Program-made: the position numbers and the translations under genes
The notes under the pieces: model-generated
Databases searched by the model: none
Seen by the model: only the letters and a program-made list of their open reading frames with translations
What the model was told of the DNA's origin: nothing
Part shown: piece after piece, positions 20,325 through 30,277 of the stretch
How positions within the stretch are numbered: the stretch's first letter is position 1
Layout of the letters: each line of letters opens with the position of its first letter
NCBI GenBank assembly: GCA_002376005.1
Contig: DFNJ01000035.1
Location: 20,062 to 84,061 of the forward strand
Origin: Firmicutes bacterium UBA3570
GTDB lineage: Bacteria; Bacillota; Sulfobacillia; UBA3561
Direction: 5' to 3'
Length of the DNA stretch: 64,000 bases

Positions 20325-22529
20325 CTATTGCGCGTCGGAAGGCTCCCGCATCAGGTAATGCTGGAACCAGTGCAGCAGTCTCGTCAAGCGATCCACCACG
20401 TGGCTCGGTTTGCTCAGGCCGTGCGAGGCACCCGGATAACGCACCATGACGCACTCGCATCCCTGTCGCTTGAGAGCGGTGAACACTTCCTCCGACTGCC
20501 CCACCGGGCAACGAAGGTCAGACTCCCCGTGCAGGAGCAACACCGGCGTCCTGACACCCTGGAGGAAACATACCGGTGAATGGGCAAGCAGGCGTTCCGG
20601 GTTTTCCCACGGACGGGCCTGCAGGGAGAATTCCGTGAAACTGTGTCCCACGTCACTGGTGCCGAACATGCTGATCTGGTCGGAAACACACGCACCGGCA
20701 GCGGCAGCGCGGAACCGGTCGGTGTGCCCTATGATCCAGGTGGTCATGAAGCCTCCGTAACTCCACCCCGTCACCCCCAATCGCTGGGGATCCGCCACCT
20801 TCATCTCCACCAGCCTGTCAACGGCCGCCATGAGGTCCTGGTAATCTCTTCCTCCCCAATCACCTACCACCGCGGACGCGAATCGGTCCCCGTAGCCATG
20901 GCTACCGCGGGGATTGACGTATAGCACGCAAAAACCATGACTGGCAAAGAGCTGGAACATGAAGCTGAACCCGTAACCGTACATCCCGCTGGGTCCACCG
21001 TGGATGAATAGCACGGTTGGGTACGGGCCTTCTGCGTCGGGGCTCGCTGGGGGCAGGAACCAACCCTCGATTTCCCACCCATCGGGAGCTTCATAGACAA
21101 GACGCGCTGGTTCCCTCAAGGGCCAGTCGACCACCAACGATCGGTTGATACAGGTAAGCTGCCGCTCCCTGCCATCGGGAAACAGCGCGAAGATCTCATC
21201 CGGACGCGTGGGCTCCGCGGACACGTAGACAAGGGTACCGTCGCGTGAGACCGACGGACTGGATATGGCCCGCCGGGAGCCGGGCGTCAGCCGCTCGGGT
21301 GGCGCACTGCCGTCGGCAGCTACCCGCCACACGTGGCTTGCGCCGCGATCGATGGCGGTGAAATAGACGTAACGTCCGTCCGCCGACCACAGGGGCGGCG
21401 ACCACCAGCCTTCTCCCACGTGGCGCACCTCGGAAGGTGCTGCCGCTCCCACGTTACGGTCCAAAGACGCAGTCAGATTGACGACCGAATCCCAGCTCAC
21501 CGGCAGTCTGCCATCCTCCACTGAGACTACGAAGAGGTTGAGATTGCTCGAAAGCCAATCGAAGGGGTGATCGGTACCCAGGAAGGCTATGCAGCTGCCG
21601 TCCGGCGACCAGGCCGGCCGGTAGGTTGGGTTGGGGCCCTCCAGCACCCTGGTAATTTCCTTGGTTTCCAAATCCACCACCCACAGGTGCTGGACCCAGA
21701 CGGGATCCTCCCCCGGTTCATCCCGATAGGCGGTGCAGGCAATCCTGCGCCCGTCCGGGGACCAGGCCGGTGCATCGTGACTGTACCGTCCGGAGGTTAT
21801 CAATACCGCCCTCGCTTCCTCTCCCGGATCCGTGGGCCTGGCGTCGACCACCAGTATCTGGCGGAATTTGTCGTCGAAGAACCCCATGCCATCCAGCTTG
21901 TGGTGCAGGGCGGTGACCACCCTGACACCGTCTCCGGGCCGGCCCTCCCCGCGGGGTGTCCTTCGGTCCTCTGGGCGACGCGCCGGGGGAGCCCCTGGAT
22001 AATGGGACTGATCCTTCTCGTCGTCCACCGCGGCCACGAAGGCGATCCGCTTGCCGTCGGGAGACCACACGGGGGCGCTGATTGGCACCTGCTTGGTGGC
22101 TATTCTCTGGGCCTCACCTCCGTCGGGCCTTATCAACCAAATCTGGTCCTGCCCCGACCTATCGGACACGAAAGCAATCACATCACCGGAAGGGGACCAC
22201 CGCGGGTGACGGTCACGGGCCCGCCCGGCAGTCAACCGTCTCGGCGTACCGCCTTGGGTGGGCACCAGCCAGATGCCCATACGTACCTTGTCCTCGGCCA
22301 GGTCGGTTTCCACTCGCACGAAGGCCACTTGCGTACCATCGGGAGAAATCTGTGGGTCACCGACGGGAAATAAACAAAATAGATCCTCCGGCCTAAGAGA
22401 TCGTCTTGCTTCTTGAAGTGCTGCCAAGACAACTTCACCTCGGTGCCGATTGCTAACTGCTCGTCGCATGACAGATGGCTTCTTCAGGCTTGAATGATTT
22501 CCTGCCCGCATCCACGCCAACATCCGCAA
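20325..22529 (-). CDS. S9-family serine peptidase (acylaminoacyl-peptidase-like) with TolB-like propeller
   Basis: GWSYGGFM nucleophile motif and LFIHGGP. N-terminal WD/TolB-like repeats (SPDG..IAF). Confidence 0.8.
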   Translation of the reverse strand: MRMLAWMRAGNHSSLKKPSVMRRAVSNRHRGEVVLAALQEARRSLRPEDLFCLFPVGDPQISPDGTQVAFVRVETDLAEDKVRMGIWLVPTQGGTPRRLTAGRARDRHPRWSPSGDVIAFVSDRSGQDQIWLIRPDGGEAQRIATKQVPISAPVWSPDGKRIAFVAAVDDEKDQSHYPGAPPARRPEDRRTPRGEGRPGDGVRVVTALHHKLDGMGFFDDKFRQILVVDARPTDPGEEARAVLITSGRYSHDAPAWSPDGRRIACTAYRDEPGEDPVWVQHLWVVDLETKEITRVLEGPNPTYRPAWSPDGSCIAFLGTDHPFDWLSSNLNLFVVSVEDGRLPVSWDSVVNLTASLDRNVGAAAPSEVRHVGEGWWSPPLWSADGRYVYFTAIDRGASHVWRVAADGSAPPERLTPGSRRAISSPSVSRDGTLVYVSAEPTRPDEIFALFPDGRERQLTCINRSLVVDWPLREPARLVYEAPDGWEIEGWFLPPASPDAEGPYPTVLFIHGGPSGMYGYGFSFMFQLFASHGFCVLYVNPRGSHGYGDRFASAVVGDWGGRDYQDLMAAVDRLVEMKVADPQRLGVTGWSYGGFMTTWIIGHTDRFRAAAAGACVSDQISMFGTSDVGHSFTEFSLQARPWENPERLLAHSPVCFLQGVRTPVLLLHGESDLRCPVGQSEEVFTALKRQGCECVMVRYPGASHGLSKPSHVVDRLTRLLHWFQHYLMREPSDAQ

Positions 22530-22585
22530 AGAAAGCTGGAAATCGCCAATCCAGCGGGCGGGCTTGGAGACTTCAGCAACAGGTG

Positions 22586-23707
22586 CTAGGGTGCTCTGGT
22601 CCTCGCCCCGCCGCTGCCCTCCGTGTCACCGACCAGGACCAACGCGTCCGCGGGCAGATGTACCCACACCTCGGCACCCTCGCGACAGGAACCGTTGGCC
22701 ACCGCCCTCCGTCCGACCCTTCCCAAGACTCGGATACCACAGGACACCTCCACGCAGAAGCCCTCGCCCGCCGGGTACACGCCGGTCACTCGACCGGGCA
22801 GCCAGTTGGCAGACGCCACCCGGTCGCGCCCGGGGTCAGGGCTCAGCTCCACCTCGTCCGCCGGCAGACAGGCGTGGGTGGGCCATCTGGGTAGTTCGCC
22901 CTGCACCTTCAGGGCTTGCTTCATCCCCTCGAGCCACACCCGCCCCGCGCGGTGGTTTGTCCGCTCCCAGCGGACCACCGGCCATACATTCTCAATTCCC
23001 AGGAACTGGGCCAGCGCCGGGTTCCGAGGCCGGCGGAGGACGCGCCAGGGGGATCCTTCGTCAGCCACTCTGCCATCGAGGAGACAAACCACGCGGTCGG
23101 CCAACATGGGCACCTCGGCAAAATCGTGAGTGACGAATATGCAGGTGATGCCGGTGAGCTCCAGCAGAGCGCGCAAGCTGCGCAGCAGCTCCTGCCTGAT
23201 GGGACGGTCCAGGCCCGAAAAAGGCTCATCCAGCAGCAGGAGCTCGGGCTCGGATACCAGGGCGCGCGCCAGGATCACCCTCTGCACCTCTCCGCGCGAC
23301 AGCCCCCCCGCGGCCCGCTGCTCCAGATGGAGGGCGCCCACCCGATCCAGCCAACGCCGGGCCCGTTCCCGTGCTTCCCGCCAGGGCACACCTCTCAGCC
23401 GCAGGGGAAGGACCACATTGTGCAAAACGGTCCCCTGCAGCAAACAGCCGTCCTGCAACACCAGAGCCATGCGGCGCCGTTGCTCCAGCAGATGCCTGCC
23501 CCCGCCCAACGGAACTCCGTCGAACAGCACGGTACCCGCCGCCGGTTGGCGTAGACCAGCCAGCACCATGAGCAAGCTGGTCTTTCCCGCCCCATTGGGG
23601 CCGAGGACCGCCAGAACCTCCCCCCGCCGCACGGAAAGAAGGGGCACGCTGAGCTTCCAGGTGCCGTGCCGGATCTCCAGATCTCTGGCCTGCAACACGT
23701 CCCCCAC
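22586..23707 (-). CDS. tupC: Tungstate/molybdate ABC transporter ATP-binding protein with C-terminal TOBE domain
   Basis: Walker A GPNGAGKT, LSGGE signature and Walker B LLLDEP, plus a C-terminal TOBE-like beta domain. Adjacent to tupA and tupB. Confidence 0.75.
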   Translation of the reverse strand: MGDVLQARDLEIRHGTWKLSVPLLSVRRGEVLAVLGPNGAGKTSLLMVLAGLRQPAAGTVLFDGVPLGGGRHLLEQRRRMALVLQDGCLLQGTVLHNVVLPLRLRGVPWREARERARRWLDRVGALHLEQRAAGGLSRGEVQRVILARALVSEPELLLLDEPFSGLDRPIRQELLRSLRALLELTGITCIFVTHDFAEVPMLADRVVCLLDGRVADEGSPWRVLRRPRNPALAQFLGIENVWPVVRWERTNHRAGRVWLEGMKQALKVQGELPRWPTHACLPADEVELSPDPGRDRVASANWLPGRVTGVYPAGEGFCVEVSCGIRVLGRVGRRAVANGSCREGAEVWVHLPADALVLVGDTEGSGGARTRAP

Positions 23708-23713
23708 GCAACA

Positions 23714-24412
23714 TCATCTCCGGTAGTTACGTTGCTGGAGCACGGTGAGAAGGAAAGTGATGCCCCATGCTAGCACCAGCAGGATGAAGCTGAGGGCAAT
23801 GGCCACCTCGAAGTTTCCTTTGGATACCTCCAGCACGGTGGCGGTGGTGAGCACGCGGGTGTGGCCCCTGATGTTGCCCCCCACCATCATCGATGCCCCT
23901 ACCTCCGATACCACCGCTCCGAATCCGGCCATGACCGCGGCCAGCAGGGAGTAGCGCGCTTCGCGCACCATCAACCAGACTGCCTGCACTGGCGAGGCAC
24001 CCAGGGCCATGATCTGCAGCTTGACCCTCTCCCCCAGCTGTTGCAGCCCGGCCATGGAGAGGGCAGCGACCAGGGGGGTAGCGATCACCGCCTGGGCCAG
24101 CACCATGGCCACGGGCGTATACAGCAGCCCCAGACGCCCCAGAGGACCATACCGCCACAGCATCAAACTCACCCACAGCCCAACCACCACCGGAGGCAGG
24201 CCCATCCCCGCGTTGGCCCAGCTGACTACCAGCGGCCGCGCCCGAAAGGGCCGCATGGCGAGCATGAAGCCGAGGGGCAGGCCCACCAGCACGCTCAGTG
24301 CGGTGGCGCTGCCTGATACCGCCACCGTCCGGCAGGTGATCTCCCAGATCTCCGGGTCCCCCGCCAGCAGCAAGGATAAGGCCTGGCGGCAACCCTGCAC
24401 CAGGATCCGCAC
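23714..24412 (-). CDS. tupB: Tungstate ABC transporter permease
   Basis: 232-aa permease with 5-6 TM segments of the ModB/TupB size class, placed between tupA and tupC. Confidence 0.75.
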   Translation of the reverse strand: MRILVQGCRQALSLLLAGDPEIWEITCRTVAVSGSATALSVLVGLPLGFMLAMRPFRARPLVVSWANAGMGLPPVVVGLWVSLMLWRYGPLGRLGLLYTPVAMVLAQAVIATPLVAALSMAGLQQLGERVKLQIMALGASPVQAVWLMVREARYSLLAAVMAGFGAVVSEVGASMMVGGNIRGHTRVLTTATVLEVSKGNFEVAIALSFILLVLAWGITFLLTVLQQRNYRR

Positions 24413-25269
24413 TACCGACCACCGCCGGAAAGTTCCTCTTCCGTGAGCCCGGCGGCGGGAATGAACAGCGGCTCGCCGTACTGCCGGGTGCCGAACCGCG
24501 CGATCACCGCCTGGGCCTGTTCCGAAAGCAGAAACTGCACCAGGGCAGCCGCCCCTTCTGCATTGACTCGGGAAAACCGCGCGCCATTCACTGCCATCAC
24601 GTGGTACGGATTCACCAGCATGCTCCCGCCACGGACGAACGGCTCCAGTCGCAGCTGGTGGCGAAGGGCGAGGAAAGTACCCCAGTCGGCGAGGGTGTAC
24701 GCGCCCTTCTCAGAGGCTATGCGCAGAGTTTCCCCCATACCGGTTCCGCTCTCCTGGTACCAGGCTCCTGCCGGGCTCACCCCCGCCGCCTTCCACAGTT
24801 CCATCTCCTTCACGTGAGTCCCGGAGGAATCGCCCCGGGAGAGGAAGATCGCTCCCGCCGCCGCAATCCTGCGAAATGCCTCCCTGGGGTCGGAAAGTCC
24901 GCGGACTCCCGCCGGGTCTTCCGGCGGGCCCAACAGCACGAAGTGGTTGTACATGACCAAATGTCTCTCCACCACCACGCCCTCTTCTAACAGCCGCCGC
25001 TCGTCTTGGGGACTATGAGTAATGACCACGTCTACCTCCCCGCGAGCGGCCAGTGCCAACGCCTGACCACTGCCCACCACCAGGGGCTTCACGCGGTAGC
25101 CGGTGCGGGCCTCGAACCGGGGCAAAAGCTCGTCCAGCAGGCCGGCATCGTGCACGCTGGTGGTGGTGGCCAGCAACACCTCGTCCTGCGTCCGGCACGC
25201 GGCCCCCAGTACCACCAAGACGAAAAGCAGCGCCAGCAACTCCAATTGCCGGGAGCGCGTTATGTTCAT
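24412..25269 (-). CDS. tupA: Tungstate ABC transporter substrate-binding protein
   Basis: Signal peptide, then VLLATTTSVHDAGLLDELL (the TTTS anion-binding motif of TupA/WtpA-like proteins). ATG at 25269. Confidence 0.75.
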   Translation of the reverse strand: MNITRSRQLELLALLFVLVVLGAACRTQDEVLLATTTSVHDAGLLDELLPRFEARTGYRVKPLVVGSGQALALAARGEVDVVITHSPQDERRLLEEGVVVERHLVMYNHFVLLGPPEDPAGVRGLSDPREAFRRIAAAGAIFLSRGDSSGTHVKEMELWKAAGVSPAGAWYQESGTGMGETLRIASEKGAYTLADWGTFLALRHQLRLEPFVRGGSMLVNPYHVMAVNGARFSRVNAEGAAALVQFLLSEQAQAVIARFGTRQYGEPLFIPAAGLTEEELSGGGR

Positions 25270-25372
25270 TCGAGCATCACGCCTCCCCAGCTATTCGCGG
25301 CCTTCAGCATCGGTCCTGCCGCTGGAAAGCTTCACCGGCCCGGGTGGCGAAGCCGACACAGCCGGCGGGGCG

Positions 25373-26560
25373 TCAAAATACCCCCGCAGGCCAGGGCACG
25401 GTCGGCTCCTGGATGTGGATCTCGATCCCCCGTTCCTCCAGAGCGCGTACCAGCCGCTGGAAGCGTTCCGGGTTTTCCCCAATCAGCCGTTCCGGTGTCC
25501 ATACCCCCGGCTCGGTGAGTTCTCCGGCCAAGATCCAGCGCACCACCTCCACGGCAGGGTAAACCGTGGTCCTGGCCATCGCCGTGGTGCACGTGCGGGC
25601 ATCGTACTCGTCCAGGAGGAAGTACCGCGCTCGCGGCTTGTCTTCGGCCCCATCCCCGCTGACCATTACCTCCAGCACCACCAGGTCTTCGTCGTCACCC
25701 CTGAGCCGGGGCTCCAGCAATCTCTCGGTGACCGCCCGCGGGCGCACCCGCACTCCGTCCACTTCCACCTCGTCCTGCCCCAGGAATCCGGCTTCCCGCA
25801 GAAAAGCCATTCGCTCCCGGTAACCCCTGTACCTCACCGTCTTCTCCTCCATACGCCATAGACCGCGATGGCCAAGTGTGAAGGGTAGGGTACCGAGTCC
25901 GTCGGTGATGAAGCATTCACAGCGTCCCAGAGGCTGAGGATACTCGATCTCCTCTACATCAGAGAGTGCCTCCACCCGCCTCAGCTGCCCATCCCGGATC
26001 ACCCACGCGGGACGCACGCACGCCTCCAGCACGCTTTCTAGGCAGAACACGATGTGGTACCCCAAAGGCGGGCGCGGCTGCCGCGGTATTCCGCCCACCC
26101 GGATCACCGCCTCCCGGGGCCGCGGAACCACCCGGCAACCCCGCCCCACCAACACATTACTCAAGCCCGGGGCGAGCCCCATGCCAGCCACCAGAACTGC
26201 CCCAGATCGCACGGCGCGCTCCTGCAAACCGAGTCGTTCCCTCGGCCGGTCGCAGGCAAGATCCACCAACCGCCAGCCGCCCGCAGCTGCCGCGCGGAAA
26301 GCTTGCCAGCTCGCCCCATGAGGTAGACAGCTGACCACGGCGTCCACGCCCGATGCCACCTCCGGCAGGGACCCATCCAGGAACGCCGCGGGCAGGGGGA
26401 TGGGCTGAGCCTTCTCTCCCACCGCCCTCGCTGCTGCCCGGCAGGTCTCGCTCTTGGCGTCTGCCACCAGGACGCGGGCCACCTCCGGCAACCGTGCCAG
26501 CTCTCGCGCGGCCACCGCCCCCATTCGCCCCGCGCCCAGCACCAGGACAGTTGCCTGCAT
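25373..26560 (-). CDS. Saccharopine-dehydrogenase-family NAD(P)-binding protein
   Basis: N-terminal Rossmann motif MQATVLVLGAGRMGAVAAREL. The 395-aa size and overall layout resemble Sacchrp_dh-family enzymes. ATG at 26560 has a GAGGGAAGGGG RBS. The longer track ORF would overlap AOR. Confidence 0.65.
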   Translation of the reverse strand: MQATVLVLGAGRMGAVAARELARLPEVARVLVADAKSETCRAAARAVGEKAQPIPLPAAFLDGSLPEVASGVDAVVSCLPHGASWQAFRAAAAGGWRLVDLACDRPRERLGLQERAVRSGAVLVAGMGLAPGLSNVLVGRGCRVVPRPREAVIRVGGIPRQPRPPLGYHIVFCLESVLEACVRPAWVIRDGQLRRVEALSDVEEIEYPQPLGRCECFITDGLGTLPFTLGHRGLWRMEEKTVRYRGYRERMAFLREAGFLGQDEVEVDGVRVRPRAVTERLLEPRLRGDDEDLVVLEVMVSGDGAEDKPRARYFLLDEYDARTCTTAMARTTVYPAVEVVRWILAGELTEPGVWTPERLIGENPERFQRLVRALEERGIEIHIQEPTVPWPAGVF

Positions 26561-26588
26561 TCGCACCCCTTCCCTCGGGTCGCGCCGT

Positions 26589-28466
26589 TCACCTACCCGG
26601 CGCCCAGAGGGCATCCAGCCCCAGCTCTTCAAGCTTCTCGGTGGTGGGCACTCCGTAGATATCCCAACCACGCAGCCGGTAGTACTGTTCCAGCATCGCC
26701 TGCAGCTGTTCTGGAGTGATCACCGACCCCCTGGTCGCTCCCTCGGGGAGCGATTCCGCCACCCGGGCGGGAAGCACGTCGTCCGACCGACCCATGCCTT
26801 CTCGCACGTTGAAAAGCCGGCACAAGTTGAAGATCCGCTCGCCCGTTTGCATGAGAGAAGCGGGGTCCCAGTCCATGCCAGTCATGGCCTCCAGGGCCCG
26901 GGCCAGGAAGCTGGGTGGCAGCGGACCGTAATCCCAGCAGGTGAAGCGGCAGGCAATGAGGCTGTCCTGAAACGCTCGGTAGTTCTGGGCCAGGAACACC
27001 AGCTCCGGCTTCAGCCGCTTTTCGCGCCGGTCAAGGCCGCGGAAGCGCTCATCTATGCCGATTTCCGGCATGATGTTCCCCTTTTCCACCGTGGTGTCGT
27101 GCATTCCCTGAGTATGACACGCCCCCCGGTTGGAGGTGGCGTAAGACAACCCCTGTGCCACCTTGCCGCGGGGCATATGCACGGGGAACGACTGGTTCTT
27201 GACCTGCAGGGCGAAGGCCTCACTACCGCCGCCCACCTCCCGGGCAGCTTCCCGCAGGCCCCGGCCCAGCAATGACCCCAGCCCACGATTGAGGGCAATA
27301 TCCACGATGAGGGAGAATACCACCTCCGCATCGCCCCACCGCAGCTCCCTCCCACCGGTATCCTGGCGGTTCAGCAACCCTCGTTCGAAACACTCCATGG
27401 CCCAGGCAATGCTGAGACCGGTGTTGATGGTGTCCACCCCGTACTGGTTGCATAGCTGATTGGCCCTGGCGATGGCCTTCAGGTCGTAGACGCCCACGCA
27501 GGTACCCAGGGCACCGATGGTCTCGAACTCCGGGCCTCCGTACCGGGGATCCACGTCCCACGGTGGACCCAGGGCAACCACTCGGCGGCAGCCCACGGGA
27601 CATCCGTCACAGGTCTCGCGGCCGGTGAGGATCTCCCGGGTCATGCTCTCTCCGGTCACCGCGTCGATCTGGGGTGAATAACCTTTCCGGAAGTTGAAAG
27701 CGGGGAACATCCCCAGGGCGTTGTGGGGAGCCACTCCCGCCGCCGTCCCGTACTCCCGGAAAGTCCGCGTGGAAGGGGCCCGTACCAGAGTGGCCACCGC
27801 CTCCCGGCGCAGCTGTGCCAGCCCCTCGGGGTCTGCCGCCCGGTAGCGTCCCGTGCCGTACACACAGATCCCCTTCAGGTTCTTGGAGCCCATCACCGCG
27901 CCGGTGCCGCACCGTCCCGCCGCCCGGTTGTTCTCGCTGATCACGCAAGCAAACCTCACCAGATTCTCGCCAGCGGGACCGATGACCGCCACCTCGGCCC
28001 CGGGATGGGTTTGGCGCAGCATTTCGTCGCGCGCGTCGGCCACGAACTTCCCCCAGATCTCACCGGCCGGGCGAATCTCCACTTCCCCATCGTGGATCCA
28101 CAGGTACACCGGCTGTTCGGCGCGGCCGTGGACCAGTACCGCATCATACCCCGCGGCTTTCAACATGGGGCCGAACCTACCAGCAGCGTTGGCTTCCCCC
28201 CACCCGCCGGTGAGGGGGGACTTGCAGGCAGTTATGTGGCGCGTGCTCCCGGGGATCCTCGAGCCGGCCATGGGACCGGTGGCTACCATGAAGACGTTTT
28301 GTGCACCCAGGGGATCGCAGCCTGGTGGGATCTGCTCGAACAACAGTCGGGCAGCCAGACCCCGACCACCGATGAAGTCGCGAGCCAAAGAGGCTTCCAG
28401 ATCCTGCACCCACCACCGCCGGGCAGTCAGGTCAACGTGCAGGAGCTTGCCGGCATAACCTTCCAT
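26589..28466 (-). CDS. aor: Tungsten-containing aldehyde:ferredoxin oxidoreductase
   Basis: MEGYAGKLLHVDLT N-terminus, the AOR_N domain, [4Fe-4S] Cys ligands and the ~620-aa length characteristic of the AOR family. ATG at 28466 with an AAGGGGG RBS. Confidence 0.9.
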   Translation of the reverse strand: MEGYAGKLLHVDLTARRWWVQDLEASLARDFIGGRGLAARLLFEQIPPGCDPLGAQNVFMVATGPMAGSRIPGSTRHITACKSPLTGGWGEANAAGRFGPMLKAAGYDAVLVHGRAEQPVYLWIHDGEVEIRPAGEIWGKFVADARDEMLRQTHPGAEVAVIGPAGENLVRFACVISENNRAAGRCGTGAVMGSKNLKGICVYGTGRYRAADPEGLAQLRREAVATLVRAPSTRTFREYGTAAGVAPHNALGMFPAFNFRKGYSPQIDAVTGESMTREILTGRETCDGCPVGCRRVVALGPPWDVDPRYGGPEFETIGALGTCVGVYDLKAIARANQLCNQYGVDTINTGLSIAWAMECFERGLLNRQDTGGRELRWGDAEVVFSLIVDIALNRGLGSLLGRGLREAAREVGGGSEAFALQVKNQSFPVHMPRGKVAQGLSYATSNRGACHTQGMHDTTVEKGNIMPEIGIDERFRGLDRREKRLKPELVFLAQNYRAFQDSLIACRFTCWDYGPLPPSFLARALEAMTGMDWDPASLMQTGERIFNLCRLFNVREGMGRSDDVLPARVAESLPEGATRGSVITPEQLQAMLEQYYRLRGWDIYGVPTTEKLEELGLDALWAPGR

Positions 28467-28556
28467 TGCACCCAACCCCCTTAGTACAGCTGCTATCTGG
28501 ACTCACCCCGCATCACTGCTACCGAGGCGTGCCCCGTGCGCGCGCACGGTGCCGCA

Positions 28557-29351
28557 CTATCCCAGATCGCCTCTCCCACCGGACCGGTGACGGGCATGTA
28601 CCAACCTGAGGCCTTCCAGGGTCAGCAAGGGATCCACGGCATCGACGGTGGCGCATTCCGGCGCGATGAGCTCCGCGAAACCGCCGGTGGCTATGACGCG
28701 GGGTTTCTCTCCCAGTTCTCGCGCAATCCTCCTCACCAGCTCGTCCACCTGGCCCGCGAATCCGAAGATGATCCCTGACTGCAAACTCCGAGCGGTGTTG
28801 TCCCCGATGGCTCGCGGCGGGCGGACCAAGGGAACCTTGCTCAGTCGAGCCGCGCGTCGAAAGAGCGCCTCAACCGAGATACCGATTCCGGGGGCAATCG
28901 CTCCGCCCAGGTATGCCCCATGCCGATCAACCACGTCAAAGGTGGTGGCGGTGCCGAAATCCACCACCACGCACGGCACTCCGTATTTTGCCCGCGCCGC
29001 TAAGGCATTGACTATGCGGTCCGGTCCTACCTCCCGCGGGTCCCCATACTTTATCACCATCCCGGTATCCACGCTCTCATCGACCACCAGTGGTTCAACG
29101 CCCAGGTAATGGCGACAGGCGCCCTCCACGTTGGGCGTCAATGACGGAACCACGGAGGCGATGACCACCGCATTCACCTCGGTGAGCGAACGGCCGTGGC
29201 AAAGGAACAGCTGATGGAACAGGATCCCGAACTCATCTCTGGTGCGCTCGGTATTCGCGGACAGGCGCCAGTGAAACTCCAGCCGCTCTCCCTGGTAGGC
29301 ACCCAAAACGATGTTGGTATTACCCACATCCACTGCCAGCAGCAAGCTCAA
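28557..29351 (-). CDS. coaX: Type III pantothenate kinase
   Basis: MSLLLAVDVGNTNIVLG start (DxGNT) and an ASKHA fold typical of CoaX/Baf. Confidence 0.85.
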   Translation of the reverse strand: MSLLLAVDVGNTNIVLGAYQGERLEFHWRLSANTERTRDEFGILFHQLFLCHGRSLTEVNAVVIASVVPSLTPNVEGACRHYLGVEPLVVDESVDTGMVIKYGDPREVGPDRIVNALAARAKYGVPCVVVDFGTATTFDVVDRHGAYLGGAIAPGIGISVEALFRRAARLSKVPLVRPPRAIGDNTARSLQSGIIFGFAGQVDELVRRIARELGEKPRVIATGGFAELIAPECATVDAVDPLLTLEGLRLVHARHRSGGRGDLG

Positions 29352-30277
29352 TTCACCTCCCGGGGCTGGTCAGACCAGGCGGGAATGCCGTCGACCGAAC
29401 GCGCGCTCTTGATGGCTTTGGTGATGGCACGAGCCACCACGGACACCGCCGCCCAGCACAGCTCGTTGAAGTCGCCCACTTCAACGGTACCCCGAGCCAG
29501 GGTGAATAAGGTGTCTCCATCGTACATGGTGTGGGCGGGACGCACCGCCAGCGCGATGCCATCATGGGCCACTGCCGCCAGCCGCCAGGCTTGCACCTGA
29601 TCCAGCGAAGCATCAGTCGCCACCACCCCGATGGTGGTGGAGCCCCAAGGGTTTGGCCTCTCGACCGCGGAGCTGCGCGCTCCCGCCAGGCGCGTGCCAT
29701 CCTCGGGGTCGTACACGTCGCCGATGCTGTTGACCACCACCAGCGCGCCCACACGAGCCCCGGAGGATAACGTCGCGGAAGCCGAACCCAGGCCACCCTT
29801 CATGCACCACTGCTGCCCCGCCCATTTGCCCACCGTAGCCCCGCTACCTGCCCCCACGTTCCCCATCATCACGGGCCCCGTCCGGGCTTCCAGGCAGGCA
29901 CGGTACCCCGATGTCGCGTCAGGGCGTACTCGGGGATCTCCCACCGCCAGATCGAATATCACCGCGCACAACACGATGGGTACCCGGGCAACGCCGGTAT
30001 CGAAGCCCCTTCCCTGCTCTTCTAAGTAGCGAACCACGCCGCACGCGGCGTCCAGGCCGAAGGCACTCCCTCCGCTCAACAGGACCGCGTCCGCGCGCTG
30101 CACCAGGTTCCCCGGCCGAGCCAGGTCGGTCTCGCGGGTACCAGGAGCCGCGCCCCGCACATCCGCCCCCACCACCGCCGGCTCATCGGCCAGCACCACG
30201 GTGCATCCGGTGAGGGCTCGGGGATCAGTCCAGTGGCCCACCCGGAACCCCGGAACGTCGCAGATGTCATCGTTCAT
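29348..30277 (-). CDS. DmpA/OAT-family (peptidase S58) L-aminopeptidase-like protein
   Basis: ATG at 30277 (MNDDICDVPGFRVGHWTD, a DmpA-type N-terminus) overlaps the birA stop as ATGA. The product is Gly/Ser-rich and ~310 aa. The track ORF extends 95 codons further upstream through low-complexity sequence. Confidence 0.7.
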   Translation of the reverse strand: MNDDICDVPGFRVGHWTDPRALTGCTVVLADEPAVVGADVRGAAPGTRETDLARPGNLVQRADAVLLSGGSAFGLDAACGVVRYLEEQGRGFDTGVARVPIVLCAVIFDLAVGDPRVRPDATSGYRACLEARTGPVMMGNVGAGSGATVGKWAGQQWCMKGGLGSASATLSSGARVGALVVVNSIGDVYDPEDGTRLAGARSSAVERPNPWGSTTIGVVATDASLDQVQAWRLAAVAHDGIALAVRPAHTMYDGDTLFTLARGTVEVGDFNELCWAAVSVVARAITKAIKSARSVDGIPAWSDQPREVN

